DNA of 64,000 nucleotides from an uncultured Verrucomicrobiae bacterium (GTDB taxonomy: Bacteria > Verrucomicrobiota > Verrucomicrobiia > Limisphaerales > Palsa-1400), in assembly GCA_963707025.1 (NCBI GenBank), contig CAVPOM010000006.1, positions 704,001 through 768,000 of the forward strand, written 5' to 3'. The first letter of the stretch is position 1. Each line of letters starts with the position of its first letter. The notes beneath the pieces were generated by a model that was given only the letters and a program-made list of their open reading frames with translations, was not told where the DNA came from and searched no databases. The position numbers and the translations under genes were made by a program. Below are positions 18,942-28,560 of this stretch, one piece after another.

Positions 18942-19364
18942 TTATCGCCCGTCAAAAAGCTGGCCCACCAATGCGCCGGCCTTGCGCGTGGAGATTCGGA
19001 TGCGCAAGATTTTGCGGGCCACGCCTCCCCTGGCCTGGTTTGCCTCCACCAAGGCGGCCAATTCATGCAACGCATCGCGCTGCCGCCGGGCCTTGCCCAA
19101 ATACCGGACCAGCATGAAATCCCGCTCGAAGCAGCGGGGCAGAGTTTTGCGGATGAGAGGAGCCAGCAGGCGCGCGCGCCGGTAAAGCAATATTCGGAAG
19201 GCGCGCTCCTCAAATTCCGCGGGCGGGCAGCGGTGCCGCTGGCAGAATAGAGACATGAAATCCGGCGTGGCCGGCGGTGCGCCGGTTGGTTGTTCCGGGG
19301 ATAATCTGGATGAGGTCATAAAACCACGGGGCATTATCGCCGCGCCGCGGTCGGAATATGGCAT
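18942..19364 (-). CDS. Hypothetical basic protein; start uncertain (19364, 19319 or later)
   Basis: SLFCQRHRCPPAEFEE...LRIRISTRK; TGATG overlap with the upstream gene. Confidence 0.5.
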   Translation of the reverse strand: MPYSDRGAAIMPRGFMTSSRLSPEQPTGAPPATPDFMSLFCQRHRCPPAEFEERAFRILLYRRARLLAPLIRKTLPRCFERDFMLVRYLGKARRQRDALHELAALVEANQARGGVARKILRIRISTRKAGALVGQLFDGR

Positions 19365-19789
19365 CAGCTTTTCGAGTTGGTCCCGCCCTGCCCGGGTGAC
19401 TGATTTTCCGGCGGGCCGGCCTGGTCCACCCAATTCATCTCATCGAGACCGAGGAATTTTCCGCCGCACTGGCATTGGGTTTGGCCATCGTTGATTTTTA
19501 AGCCGTGGCATTTTTGGCAAACGACGGTGCGGTTCCTCTTGGCGCGCCCCCGATACACCCAGTACCCAACTGCCAGCACCAACCCAACCAGCGCGACCTT
19601 GCGCAAGGCGTCCGGCACGAGCCGGGGAATCGGCAAAACCAATCCCCAGAGACTCCGGCCATGCCAGGCCGGCGAGGTGGCGACCACATAGAGCAACACC
19701 GTCCACGCCGCCAACGCCGCCAGGATTTGGCGCCGCCGCCGGATTCTTTTCTGCGCGAGTTTTTCCGCCTCTGTTTTTTCGCGCCACAT
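19364..19789 (-). CDS. Small two-TM membrane protein with a C-terminal Zn-ribbon-like motif
   Basis: Two hydrophobic segments; VCQKC...CQCGGKF. Confidence 0.6.
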   Translation of the reverse strand: MWREKTEAEKLAQKRIRRRRQILAALAAWTVLLYVVATSPAWHGRSLWGLVLPIPRLVPDALRKVALVGLVLAVGYWVYRGRAKRNRTVVCQKCHGLKINDGQTQCQCGGKFLGLDEMNWVDQAGPPENQSPGQGGTNSKS

Positions 19790-20264
19790 GTTTCAGAAAC
19801 AGGTTTACCCGGACATCTCAATCCGCGCGTGCCTCGCAGCACTTTGGAAATTTAAGCCAGGCTCGCCGCGGCGTATAGCGGGTCATTTACCAAACTTATA
19901 GTAGGTTTTACCAGGAATGCTGTAGGGGCTTGCCTCTCACGATGGCCGTCCGGCCCCGGACCGCGGATTGGAAACTCCCGTCAGGCTGGCCGGCGGGCTT
20001 GTGATGTCGGGGCACTCAAGTCTGGTCTTTTCGTGCTTGCAGACGGCGCGCTTGTCGGCCACAGCGCGCACCGGAGCCGTGTGTGGTTTGGTGATAAAGG
20101 AAACGCGGCAGAGGCTTGATGGACGCAGCGCTGCCCAAAAAGCGGACAGTGGCATGGGATCACTGGACAAGCGACGCGTCTTGCCTGGTGCTTTCCGCCG
20201 CCCGCGACGGCCATCCACTGGCAGGAAGGCTGCGGAATTCCTCACTTTGACTGCGCCAAAGGAC

Positions 20265-20280
20265 TGGCATCGCTTCTGCT
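20265..20280 (+). promoter_or_regulatory. Sigma-54 (-24/-12) promoter upstream of the pilin gene
   Basis: TGGCATCGCTTCTGCT has canonical GG-N10-GC spacing, 135 nt before the pilin ATG. Confidence 0.65.
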
Positions 20281-20415
20281 ATAGTTTCTTAGTGTATCAT
20301 CGTCGTGATGACAAAACGCCAGACTGGCAGCATTGGAAAGATCGGACAAACGCAATCATGCTAACCCGCTGCTGGTAATGATTAACAACATATCAAACGA
20401 AAGGTCAGTCAAACT

Positions 20416-20793
20416 ATGAAAATGAAGAACAAGAAACAGAGTGGGTTCACACTGGTCGAAATTATGATCGTGGTCGCCATTATCGGCCTGCTGGCCGCCA
20501 TCGCGATTCCGAACTTCGTTCGCGCCCGCACCACCTCGCAGACCAATGCCTGCATCAGCAACCTCCGCATCATTGACGGCGCCAAGGGCCAGTGGGCCTT
20601 GGAAGTCCACAAACAGAACACCGACACGCCGCTCGGCACCGACCTCCAGCCCTACATGGGCCGTGGTTCCGCCGGTGAATTGCCCATGTGCCCGAATGAC
20701 TCGGCGCAAACCTTCGCCACCAGCTACACCCCCAACAGTGTTGGCATCAAACCGGTGTGCAACATCGTGCCGGCCACCCACAGCCTGCCATAA
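20416..20793 (+). CDS. Type IV pilin / prepilin (class III signal peptide)
   Basis: KKQSG|FTLVEIMIVVAIIGLLAAIAIPNF with E5; 115-aa mature protein. Confidence 0.92.
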   Translation: MKMKNKKQSGFTLVEIMIVVAIIGLLAAIAIPNFVRARTTSQTNACISNLRIIDGAKGQWALEVHKQNTDTPLGTDLQPYMGRGSAGELPMCPNDSAQTFATSYTPNSVGIKPVCNIVPATHSLP

Positions 20794-20835
20794 GACAACT
20801 CTTCTGTCTTGATCGCTCAGATCATGACAGCCCAG

Positions 20836-20864
20836 GCCCGGAAGAAATTCCGGGCTTTTTTTTT
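20836..20864 (+). terminator. Rho-independent terminator after the pilin gene
   Basis: gcccggaa-gaaa-ttccgggc followed by T9. Confidence 0.9.
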
Positions 20865-21285
20865 GTTCGCGCGGCACGACCGGCGCAACGGGTGTCCCGG
20901 CCGGCCGCTCCACGTGCGCCGGGTGAAGGGCGATGGAGCGGTGGCGGCGAGTGCGGCCGGGGGAGGCGGTTCTTCCTCTCACGGCGATGGAGGGGCCGGC
21001 AAGACTTTGAGCGAAAGACGGTATTCTTGCCAAACGAACCCAACTTGGACTTCCCGGCAAGAGCGCGGCAGCGGAATTGAACCCCTTGTGGGCCAACGCG
21101 CCAGGAATGAACGGCCTCTTTCCGTTAAAAACAAGGCGATGTGGGAAAGCAACTCCACAAAAAATGTCGTGTAAATGACAAATCCCGCGAAGCCGAATCG
21201 GCGCTGGGTTGCGATGTTGCCAAAGTGAAAACAAAGTGGAAATCAAAAGCCGCCGGAAATTCCGGCGCCGCCTGGAACGGAGACG

Positions 21286-21747
21286 ATGTCGCGCTTGCTT
21301 AAAATGCCGCCGCAACTGGTCCGCCTGGTGCTGCTGACCATTGGGATCGTGTGCGTTTATTTCGTCGCGCGCTACTTCCTGGCGCCCCCGTCCTTTGGGC
21401 AATACGGCCATTACCGGGCGGCCGCGTTGCAGGAGATCGCCGCGCGCCAGCCCTATTGGGCCGGCAAGGCGGCGTGCGTGGAATGCCATGCCGCCCATGC
21501 GGAGAAGCTGGCCAAAGGCGAGCACAAGAACCTTTCGTGCGAAACCTGCCACGGCCCCGGCCAGGCGCATGTGGCCAATCCCCCCGAGAAACTGCCCAAG
21601 CTCGACATGAGCCTTTGCGTGCGGTGCCATGAGGCCAGCCCGTCCAAACCGAAATGGCTCCATCAAATCAACAGCCACGACCATTACACCGGGAATCTTT
21701 GCACCGAGTGCCATGTTCCCCACCAACCCAAGGAGGTTCCACCATGA
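21286..21747 (+). CDS. Membrane-anchored tetraheme cytochrome c (CbcS-like)
   Basis: N-terminal TM helix; CVECH, CETCH, CVRCH, CTECH. Confidence 0.85.
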   Translation: MSRLLKMPPQLVRLVLLTIGIVCVYFVARYFLAPPSFGQYGHYRAAALQEIAARQPYWAGKAACVECHAAHAEKLAKGEHKNLSCETCHGPGQAHVANPPEKLPKLDMSLCVRCHEASPSKPKWLHQINSHDHYTGNLCTECHVPHQPKEVPP

Positions 21748-22550
21748 GCGAGCAGATCACCCGGCGCACCATCCTGAAGAATCTGGCTGGAATAGTCGGA
21801 GGTATTCTTGCCTTGCCGGCCGCCCGCACCTGCAAAGCGGGGGTGCAAAACCTTCTGGCCTCATCTCCCGCCCCGTCCGGCTACGATCCGTTCGAGCACA
21901 AATGGCTGATGGCGCTGGACGTGGACCGGTGCATCGGCTGCGGCCGTTGCGTGGAAGCTTGCTGCGAGGAGAACGGGGTGCCGGAAGGCCACTGGCGCAC
22001 CTGGATTGAACGCTACGTCATCACCAGGCCCAAGGCAGGCTCCGGCGAGACCCGCGGGGCAACGTTTGTGGACTCACCGGATGCCGGGAGATATGGCTTT
22101 CCGCAGTTGCTCATTCCAAAGGAGGACATTCTCAAGTCGTTCTTTGTCCCCAAACTCTGCAACCTGTGCGAGCATTCGCCCTGCACCCAGGTCTGCCCGG
22201 TTGGGGCCACCTTCGACGCCCCGGACGGCGCGGTGCTGGTGGACAAGAATTATTGCATCGGCTGCGGTTTTTGCATCCAGGCCTGCCCGTACGGATGCCG
22301 CTTTTTTAATCCGCAAACCCACACCGCCGACAAATGCAACCTGTGCTACCATCGGATTACCCGCGGCCTCAAGCCCGCCTGCGTGGAGATTTGTCCCTCG
22401 CAGGCCCGGGTTTTCGGCGATCTGAAACACCCCGTGCCGGACGATCCGCTGCAAAAATTCATCAACGAGAACAAGGTGGAAGAGTTGAAAAAAAGCCTGG
22501 GCACCGGTCCGCGCGTGGTCTATGCGGGCCTGGACGAGGAGGTCCGATAA
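21744..22550 (+). CDS. Tat-exported 4x[4Fe-4S] protein (NrfC/CbcT-like)
   Basis: TRRTIL twin-arginine motif; four ferredoxin cluster motifs; ATGA overlap with the upstream stop. Confidence 0.88.
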   Translation: MSEQITRRTILKNLAGIVGGILALPAARTCKAGVQNLLASSPAPSGYDPFEHKWLMALDVDRCIGCGRCVEACCEENGVPEGHWRTWIERYVITRPKAGSGETRGATFVDSPDAGRYGFPQLLIPKEDILKSFFVPKLCNLCEHSPCTQVCPVGATFDAPDGAVLVDKNYCIGCGFCIQACPYGCRFFNPQTHTADKCNLCYHRITRGLKPACVEICPSQARVFGDLKHPVPDDPLQKFINENKVEELKKSLGTGPRVVYAGLDEEVR

Positions 22551-23809
22551 TGAGCGCCGCCATTCTCACCAACGTCGTGGAGGCGCTCCCGCAGTTCCAA
22601 GGCTACGTCTATCCCAACGAACGGACGCTGCATCCCCTGTGGAGTGTGCTCATCGTGGTCTATCCCTACATCACCGGTTTGGTGGCGGGGGCTTTCATCA
22701 TGGCCTCGCTGGTGCGGGTTTTCAAAGTCAAGGCGCTGGAGCCGATTTACCGGCTGGCCCTGTTGACGGCGCTGGCCTTCATGCTCTGCGCCACCTTGCC
22801 CCTGCTGTTTCACCTCGGCCATCCGGAACGCTGCTTTGAAATCATGATGACGCCGCACTTCAGTTCTCCCATGGCCATGTTCGGCTTCGTCTATGCCTGG
22901 TACCTGATGGCCGTGCTCCTGCTCGAACTTTGGTTTGACTACCGCCGGGACTTTGTCGCCTGGTCCAAGACGGCGGCCGGTTTGCGCGGCATCCTCTACC
23001 GCGCCTTCACCTTGGGAGTGACCGACCTGTCCGAGCCGGCGCTGCGGCTGGATGCCCGCATGGGCCGGATCATTTCCATCGTCGGCATTCCGTCGGCCTT
23101 TCTCTTGCACGGTTATGTCGGTTTCATTTTCGGCTCGATCAAGGCCAATCCCTGGTGGGGCAACCCGCTGATGCCGATTATTTTCATTCTTTCCGCCGTG
23201 GTGTCGGGCATGGCGCTGTGCGTGTTCGCCTACATGTTCCTGTGCTGGGCGCGACGCATCACGGCAGACATGCGGTGCCTGGATTTGATGATCAGCTTCC
23301 TTTTTTATGCCGTGGTGCTGGATGCGACCATCGAAGGGCTGGACTGGCTGCACCGGCTTTATTCGGCGGAGGAGGGGATTGAAGTGCTCAAGTCGGTGGC
23401 GTCGAGCAAGCTGTTTTACACGCTGCTCATCGGGCAGGCCTGCCTGGGCACGCTGGTGCCGCTCCTGCTCCTGGGAACCATGCAACTCATCCGCAAAAAA
23501 GTCGCGGAGTTGAATCGCCGCCGCGTCTATTTCTCCAGCACGGTGCTCATCCTGATCGGCGTGCTGGCCATGCGGTGGAATGTGGTCATCGGCGGCCAGC
23601 TTTTTTCCAAGAGCCTGCGCGGTTTCATGAGCTACAAAATGGAGTTCGCCGGCCACGAAGGCTGGTGGCTTTCCCTCGCGCTGCTCGCCCTTCCTTTTGT
23701 CATTTTGACGGTGTTCATCAAGTATTTTTTGGACCGGGACCTGCCCACGCTGGAGAACGTGGTTCCGGGCGCGCCGCCGCGGGCGGGTTCGCCCCCGGCG
23801 CCGGCTTGA
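22550..23809 (+). CDS. NrfD/PsrC-family membrane protein (CbcU-like)
   Basis: WSVLIVVYPYITGLVAGAF, HLGHPER, SPMAMFG, LHGYVGFIF, RWNVVIGGQ; TAATG coupling. Confidence 0.88.
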   Translation: MSAAILTNVVEALPQFQGYVYPNERTLHPLWSVLIVVYPYITGLVAGAFIMASLVRVFKVKALEPIYRLALLTALAFMLCATLPLLFHLGHPERCFEIMMTPHFSSPMAMFGFVYAWYLMAVLLLELWFDYRRDFVAWSKTAAGLRGILYRAFTLGVTDLSEPALRLDARMGRIISIVGIPSAFLLHGYVGFIFGSIKANPWWGNPLMPIIFILSAVVSGMALCVFAYMFLCWARRITADMRCLDLMISFLFYAVVLDATIEGLDWLHRLYSAEEGIEVLKSVASSKLFYTLLIGQACLGTLVPLLLLGTMQLIRKKVAELNRRRVYFSSTVLILIGVLAMRWNVVIGGQLFSKSLRGFMSYKMEFAGHEGWWLSLALLALPFVILTVFIKYFLDRDLPTLENVVPGAPPRAGSPPAPA

Positions 23810-23903
23810 GATTTGGCCGCGTGTGGCGCGGCCTCGGTTTTCCCGGCGGGTTGGAGTTCGCCGCCGGGAAACACGCAAAAAAACCCGGACTCCCGGAGGA
23901 ACT

Positions 23904-24233
23904 ATGAAAAGAAAGATAATAATTGCAGCGGTCATCGGCATGATGGCGGCCGGGGTGGCTTACGCGCAGGACGACAGCAAGGCGTTGTACGAAAAGAGCT
24001 GCCAAAAGTGCCATGGCGCGGACGGCAAGGGCCAGGTCACAATGGGCAAGAAGCTCGGGTGCAAAGATTACAGCGACGCCAAGGTCCAGGATGCGTTGAA
24101 GGACGACGTGGCGCTCAAGTCCATCAAGGAAGGACTGAAGAAGGGTGACACGACGTTGATGAAGCCCGCCGAGGGCCTCACCGACAACCAGATCAAGGGG
24201 CTTGTCAAGTACATGAGGACCTTCAAGAAGTAA
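23904..24233 (+). CDS. Periplasmic monoheme cytochrome c, paralogue of 13906-14235
   Basis: GGAGG RBS, signal peptide, CQKCHGADGKGQ..MGKKLG. Confidence 0.9.
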   Translation: MKRKIIIAAVIGMMAAGVAYAQDDSKALYEKSCQKCHGADGKGQVTMGKKLGCKDYSDAKVQDALKDDVALKSIKEGLKKGDTTLMKPAEGLTDNQIKGLVKYMRTFKK

Positions 24234-24305
24234 AAGCGCCCAGGGCGTGAATCTGTGTTGGAGCAGCCCCGCAATGGGTTGCTCCAACACTCCCGCCCCC
24301 CAACC

Positions 24306-25790
24306 ATGGACACACTTCCTCCAACCGGCCCGGCTCGCCTGCCTTCCCTGTTCCGCAACTGGGTTTCCCTGGCGGGGATGGTGCTCATGGCTTCGAGCAT
24401 TTTCGCCTTTCTCCTCTTGTTCTTCCTGGACACGATGGCGTATTCCTCCAATCCGTACGTGGGGATCCTGACGTTCTTTGTGGCGCCGGCCTTCTTTTTC
24501 GCGGGGCTGATCGTGTTTCTTTTTGGAGCGTGGCGCTGGCGGAGGAAGATGGCCAAAGCCAATGGCGGCGCGGGCGCGTTGCGCATCAACATAGACTTCT
24601 CGCGCCCCCACGACCGGCGGGTGCTGGCCTTCTTTGTTCCAGCCAGCGCGGGCTTCCTCCTCCTCACGGCGATGGGCAGCTACCACACCTATCATTTCAC
24701 CGAATCGGTGCAGTTTTGCGGGGAGTCCTGCCATACGGTCATGAAGCCGGAGCTGATCAGCTACCTCCATTCGCCGCACGCCAGGGTGGCCTGCGCGGAA
24801 TGCCACATCGGCGCGGGGGCCACCTGGTACGTGCGCTCAAAATTGTCTGGCACCTACCAGGTTTATGCCACCCTGGCCCACAAATACCCCACGCCCATTC
24901 CCACCCCGGTCAAGAATCTGCGGCCCGCCCAGGAAACCTGCGAGCAATGCCATTGGCCCAAGAAGTTTGTCGGCAACCTGGACCGCACCCTCTCTTATTA
25001 TCTCCCGGACCAGTCCAATTCCCTCTACACCGTCCGCCTCCTGCTCAAAGTCGGCGGCGGGGACCCGACGCATGGGCCGCTGGGCGGCATTCATTGGCAC
25101 ATGAACGTGGCCAACAAAATCGAATACATCGCCACCGATGAGGCCCGCCAAAAAATCCCCTGGGTGCGCATGACCGACCCCCAGGGCGTGGTGACCGAGT
25201 ATCGGACCAAGGAATTCACCAATGACGTCAGCCAGGCGCCCAAGCGCAGGATGGACTGCATGGATTGCCACAACCGGCCCGCCCACAAGTTCCAGTCCCC
25301 GGAAAGCGCGGTCAACCTGGCCATGTCGCTCAGCAACATTGATATTTCGCTGCCCTACATCAAGACCAACGCCGTCGGCGTCCTCTGCCGCCCCTACACC
25401 AACCAAACCGAAGGCCTGGAAGGCATTGCCACCACCTTGTCGGAACGATTCCCCAAAGATCCGCGCATCCGCGGGACGATCGCAGCGGTGCAGGATATTT
25501 ACACGAACAATTTCTTCCCGGAAATGAAAGCCAGTTGGCGCGACTACCCGGACAACATCGGGCACAAGGACTTTCCCGGCTGCTTCCGCTGCCATGATGG
25601 CAAGCACATTTCCAGCGCCGGCCGCGACATGATCAAGGCCAACGACTGCAACGCCTGCCATCTCATTTTGGCCCAGGGCAGCGGCGCGCAGTTGAACCAA
25701 GTCAACGCGGAGGGCCAGAAGTTCGCCCATCCTTTCGATGAATATGATCCAGCTTACCAATGCACCGACTGCCATAACGGCGGCTTGTAA
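24306..25790 (+). CDS. imcH: ImcH-like heptaheme inner-membrane cytochrome c with a NapC/NirT domain
   Basis: Three N-terminal TM helices; FCGESCH (CX3CH) plus 6 CXXCH; RPAQETCEQCHWP, GIHWH, GCFRCH. Confidence 0.78.
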   Translation: MDTLPPTGPARLPSLFRNWVSLAGMVLMASSIFAFLLLFFLDTMAYSSNPYVGILTFFVAPAFFFAGLIVFLFGAWRWRRKMAKANGGAGALRINIDFSRPHDRRVLAFFVPASAGFLLLTAMGSYHTYHFTESVQFCGESCHTVMKPELISYLHSPHARVACAECHIGAGATWYVRSKLSGTYQVYATLAHKYPTPIPTPVKNLRPAQETCEQCHWPKKFVGNLDRTLSYYLPDQSNSLYTVRLLLKVGGGDPTHGPLGGIHWHMNVANKIEYIATDEARQKIPWVRMTDPQGVVTEYRTKEFTNDVSQAPKRRMDCMDCHNRPAHKFQSPESAVNLAMSLSNIDISLPYIKTNAVGVLCRPYTNQTEGLEGIATTLSERFPKDPRIRGTIAAVQDIYTNNFFPEMKASWRDYPDNIGHKDFPGCFRCHDGKHISSAGRDMIKANDCNACHLILAQGSGAQLNQVNAEGQKFAHPFDEYDPAYQCTDCHNGGL

Positions 25791-27901
25791 GGCGGCGCGC
25801 CGGGCCATTTGCGCGCTCGCCTTCCTGTCCTTGCTCCAGGCGGGCCGCCTCGCCGCGCACATTATCTCCAACCAGGATTGCCTGGAGTGCCACCGTGATC
25901 CCACCACCGCGCGCACCGTCGCCGGGAAATCCGTGGCGCTGGCGGTATTCGACACCAATGCCTTTCAGAAGTCCGTGCATGCCCGGCTCAATTGCACCGA
26001 CTGCCACAACACCGTCAAAGAGCTGGTGCATCCGGGCGGACTGCCCCCCGCCCAATGCGCCTCGTGCCATTCTTCCGAGACGGCCCAATACGTGGGCAGC
26101 ATCCACGGCATGAGCAAGGCCCGGGGGGCCTCCGCGGCCGCCGGGTGCGCGGACTGCCACGGCACCCACGGCATCGTTTCTGTCAAGAATGTAGATTCGC
26201 CCGTTTTCAAGCTCAACCTGTCGGTCACCTGCGCCAAATGCCATAGTGAACCCGGGCTGACCAGCCGAGTACCGGATGAAGTATCCGCTGGTGGCCAGCC
26301 AGTACACCGACAGCATCCACGGGCGGGCGCTGATGAAAATGGGATTGATCGTGGCCCCTTCGTGCAACGATTGCCACGGCACGCACGACATCGGGCGGAG
26401 CGTGGACCGCAGTTCGCCCATCAACCACGCCAACGTCGCCGCCACCTGCGGCAAATGCCATCTGGGGATCGAAAAAACCTACAACGCCAGCATCCACGGG
26501 CAGCTTCTGGCCAAGGGCGGGCAAAACGGCCCGGTCTGCGTGGATTGCCATTCCGCCCATCAAATCACCGAGCCGGACGGCAGCAATTTCAAGGCGGCCA
26601 GCGACGAGAAATGCGGCAGTTGCCACCAGGACCGGCTGGCGCATTATCGCGACACCTACCACGGCAAGGCGATGTTGCTGGGCCGGCCCAACCTCGCCCC
26701 CGAAGTGGCGGCGTGCTACGACTGCCACGGCCATCACGACGTGCTGCCGCGGTCCGATCCGGCCTCGCATCTTTCCAAGGCCAATATCGTGGCCACCTGC
26801 CAGAAATGCCATCCGGGCGCCAACGCCAATTTTGCCAAATACATCCCCCACGCCAATCCGCTCGACGCCCAGCACTATCCGCAGTTGCATTGGACCTTCT
26901 TGGCGATGACGGCGCTGTTGATCGGCGTCTTTGCCTTCTTCGGCGCGCATACCGGCCTGTGGCTCTTCCGCTCCGGTTACCTATGGGCGCACGACTCGAA
27001 AACTTTCCGCGAAGCCAAGATCAAAACCCAACAAAGCGATGAGTGGTTCACCCGCTTCCCGCCCTTTGAACGGCTGCTGCACTTTCTGGTGGTGACCAGT
27101 TTTCTCCTGCTGGTCCTGACCGGCATGCCGCTCAAGTTTTACTATACCAGTTGGGCCAAAGTCATCTTCGCGTTGCTGGGCGGCCCGGAAACGGCCCGCT
27201 TCCTTCACCGCACTGGCGCGGTCATTACCTTCCTCTATTTCGGTCTGCACCTGGCCAAGCTGCTCCTTAGGTCCTGGCAGGCCCGCGGCCGCTTCCGCGG
27301 CGGCGACTGGCACTCCAAGTGGACCCGGCTGAAATGGGCGCTGTTCGGTCCCGACTCGATGATTCCAACCTGGCAGGATGTGAAGGAATTCATGGCGCAC
27401 CAGAAATGGTTTTTCGGCCAGGGGCCCAAGCCGCAATTCGACCGGTGGACTTACTGGGAGAAGTTCGATTACTTCGCCGTGTTCTGGGGGGTCTTTATCA
27501 TTGGAGCGTCGGGGTTGGTCATGTGGTTCCCGCAGTTCTTTTCCTATTTTCTGCCGGGCTGGACCATTAACATCGCGCTCATCATTCATTCCGACGAAGC
27601 CCTCTTGGCGGCGGGTTTCATCTTCACGATTCACTTCTTCAACACCCATTTTCGCCTGGAGAAATTTCCCATGGACACCGTGATTTTTTCCGGCCGCATT
27701 TCCAAAACCGAAATGCTGCATGAACGCCGGCGCTGGTACGAGCGGCTCCTGGCCGCCGGACGCCTGAACGATCTGCGTGTCAAAGACGAATGGGAACGCT
27801 GGAAAGCCATCGCCCGCGCCTTCGGCTTCCTCTTTTTCGGCGCCGGCATCGTCCTGCTGGTTTTGATCATCTACGCCATGGTCACGCGCCTGGCGCACTG
27901 A
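25738..27901 (+). CDS. cbcL: CbcL-like fusion: 11-heme periplasmic domain plus cytochrome b membrane domain; frameshift at ~26261-26265
   Basis: 5 CXXCH in ORF 25738 and 6 in ORF 26276; ERLLHF..LVLTGMP, RWTYWEKFDYFAVFWG, IIHSDEALLA, IHFFNTH. Confidence 0.78.
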
Positions 27902-27980
27902 AGCAATGCCCAGCAAAATTGGTAAAGCAAAGGCCAACCAATGAGGAGCCGTTGGCCACGCCCCCTGTCACCCTTTCATC

Positions 27981-28560
27981 ATGGGCATTCGATTGATTGT
28001 AACCCTGGCCGGGGCCTGTTATGCGGGCTGCCTCACGGCTTGCCGGGAGGGGCGGCGGCTGGTCAAGGACATGCTGCCCCGCCTGAAGGAGGCTCGGGAG
28101 GCGGCCGCCCATGCGCGGCGGCGGGCGGGCCTCGGCGGTGTCAAATCTAAATTTGAACGGTCCGGCTGCGCCGGGAAAATGGAGTATTGGCCGGTGGTCT
28201 GGGGCGCCGTCATCATGGGGGCGGCCGGCCTGATGATCTGGTCCAAAAGCCAGGGTGACCCAGTTTCTGCCCCGACGGGCGGTGGATGTGGCGGCGACCA
28301 ATCACTATTACGAGGCAATCCTGGCTTGCCTGGCCATTTTAGTATGGCATCTTTGTCACGTCATCTTTGATCCGGACGTCCATCCTTGGAACCGGGAGGT
28401 TCTAGACGGACGCGTCTCGCGGGAATGGCTGGAAGAGGAACACCGGTTGAACCGGGCCCTGGCCGGCGGCAAACCGGAAGCGGCCGCCCGCCGGGCGGCG
28501 GCGCCCAACGCGACCGCCCGCGCCGGCGAAGATGGAGGAACGAAACGTGCGCAGCTTTGA
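27981..28560 (+). pseudogene. Degenerate fragment of a second cytochrome b (FdnI/CbcL-type) membrane domain
   Basis: KMEYWPVVWGAVIMGAAGLMIW, then a frame change to HYYEAILACLAILVWH..VIFDPDV; N-terminal half and hemes absent, conserved positions substituted. Confidence 0.65.

Noticed and set aside
20281..20415. Cyclic-dinucleotide (GEMM) riboswitch in the pilin leader
   Set aside because: I looked for it because such switches control EET genes in Geobacter, but could not find the conserved two-hairpin pattern by eye. An Infernal/Rfam scan would settle it.
20416..20793. Electrically conductive pilin (e-pilin)
   Set aside because: The mature pilin is 115 aa with only 6 F/W/Y (about 5%) and long aromatic-free gaps, below what is usually proposed for e-pili.
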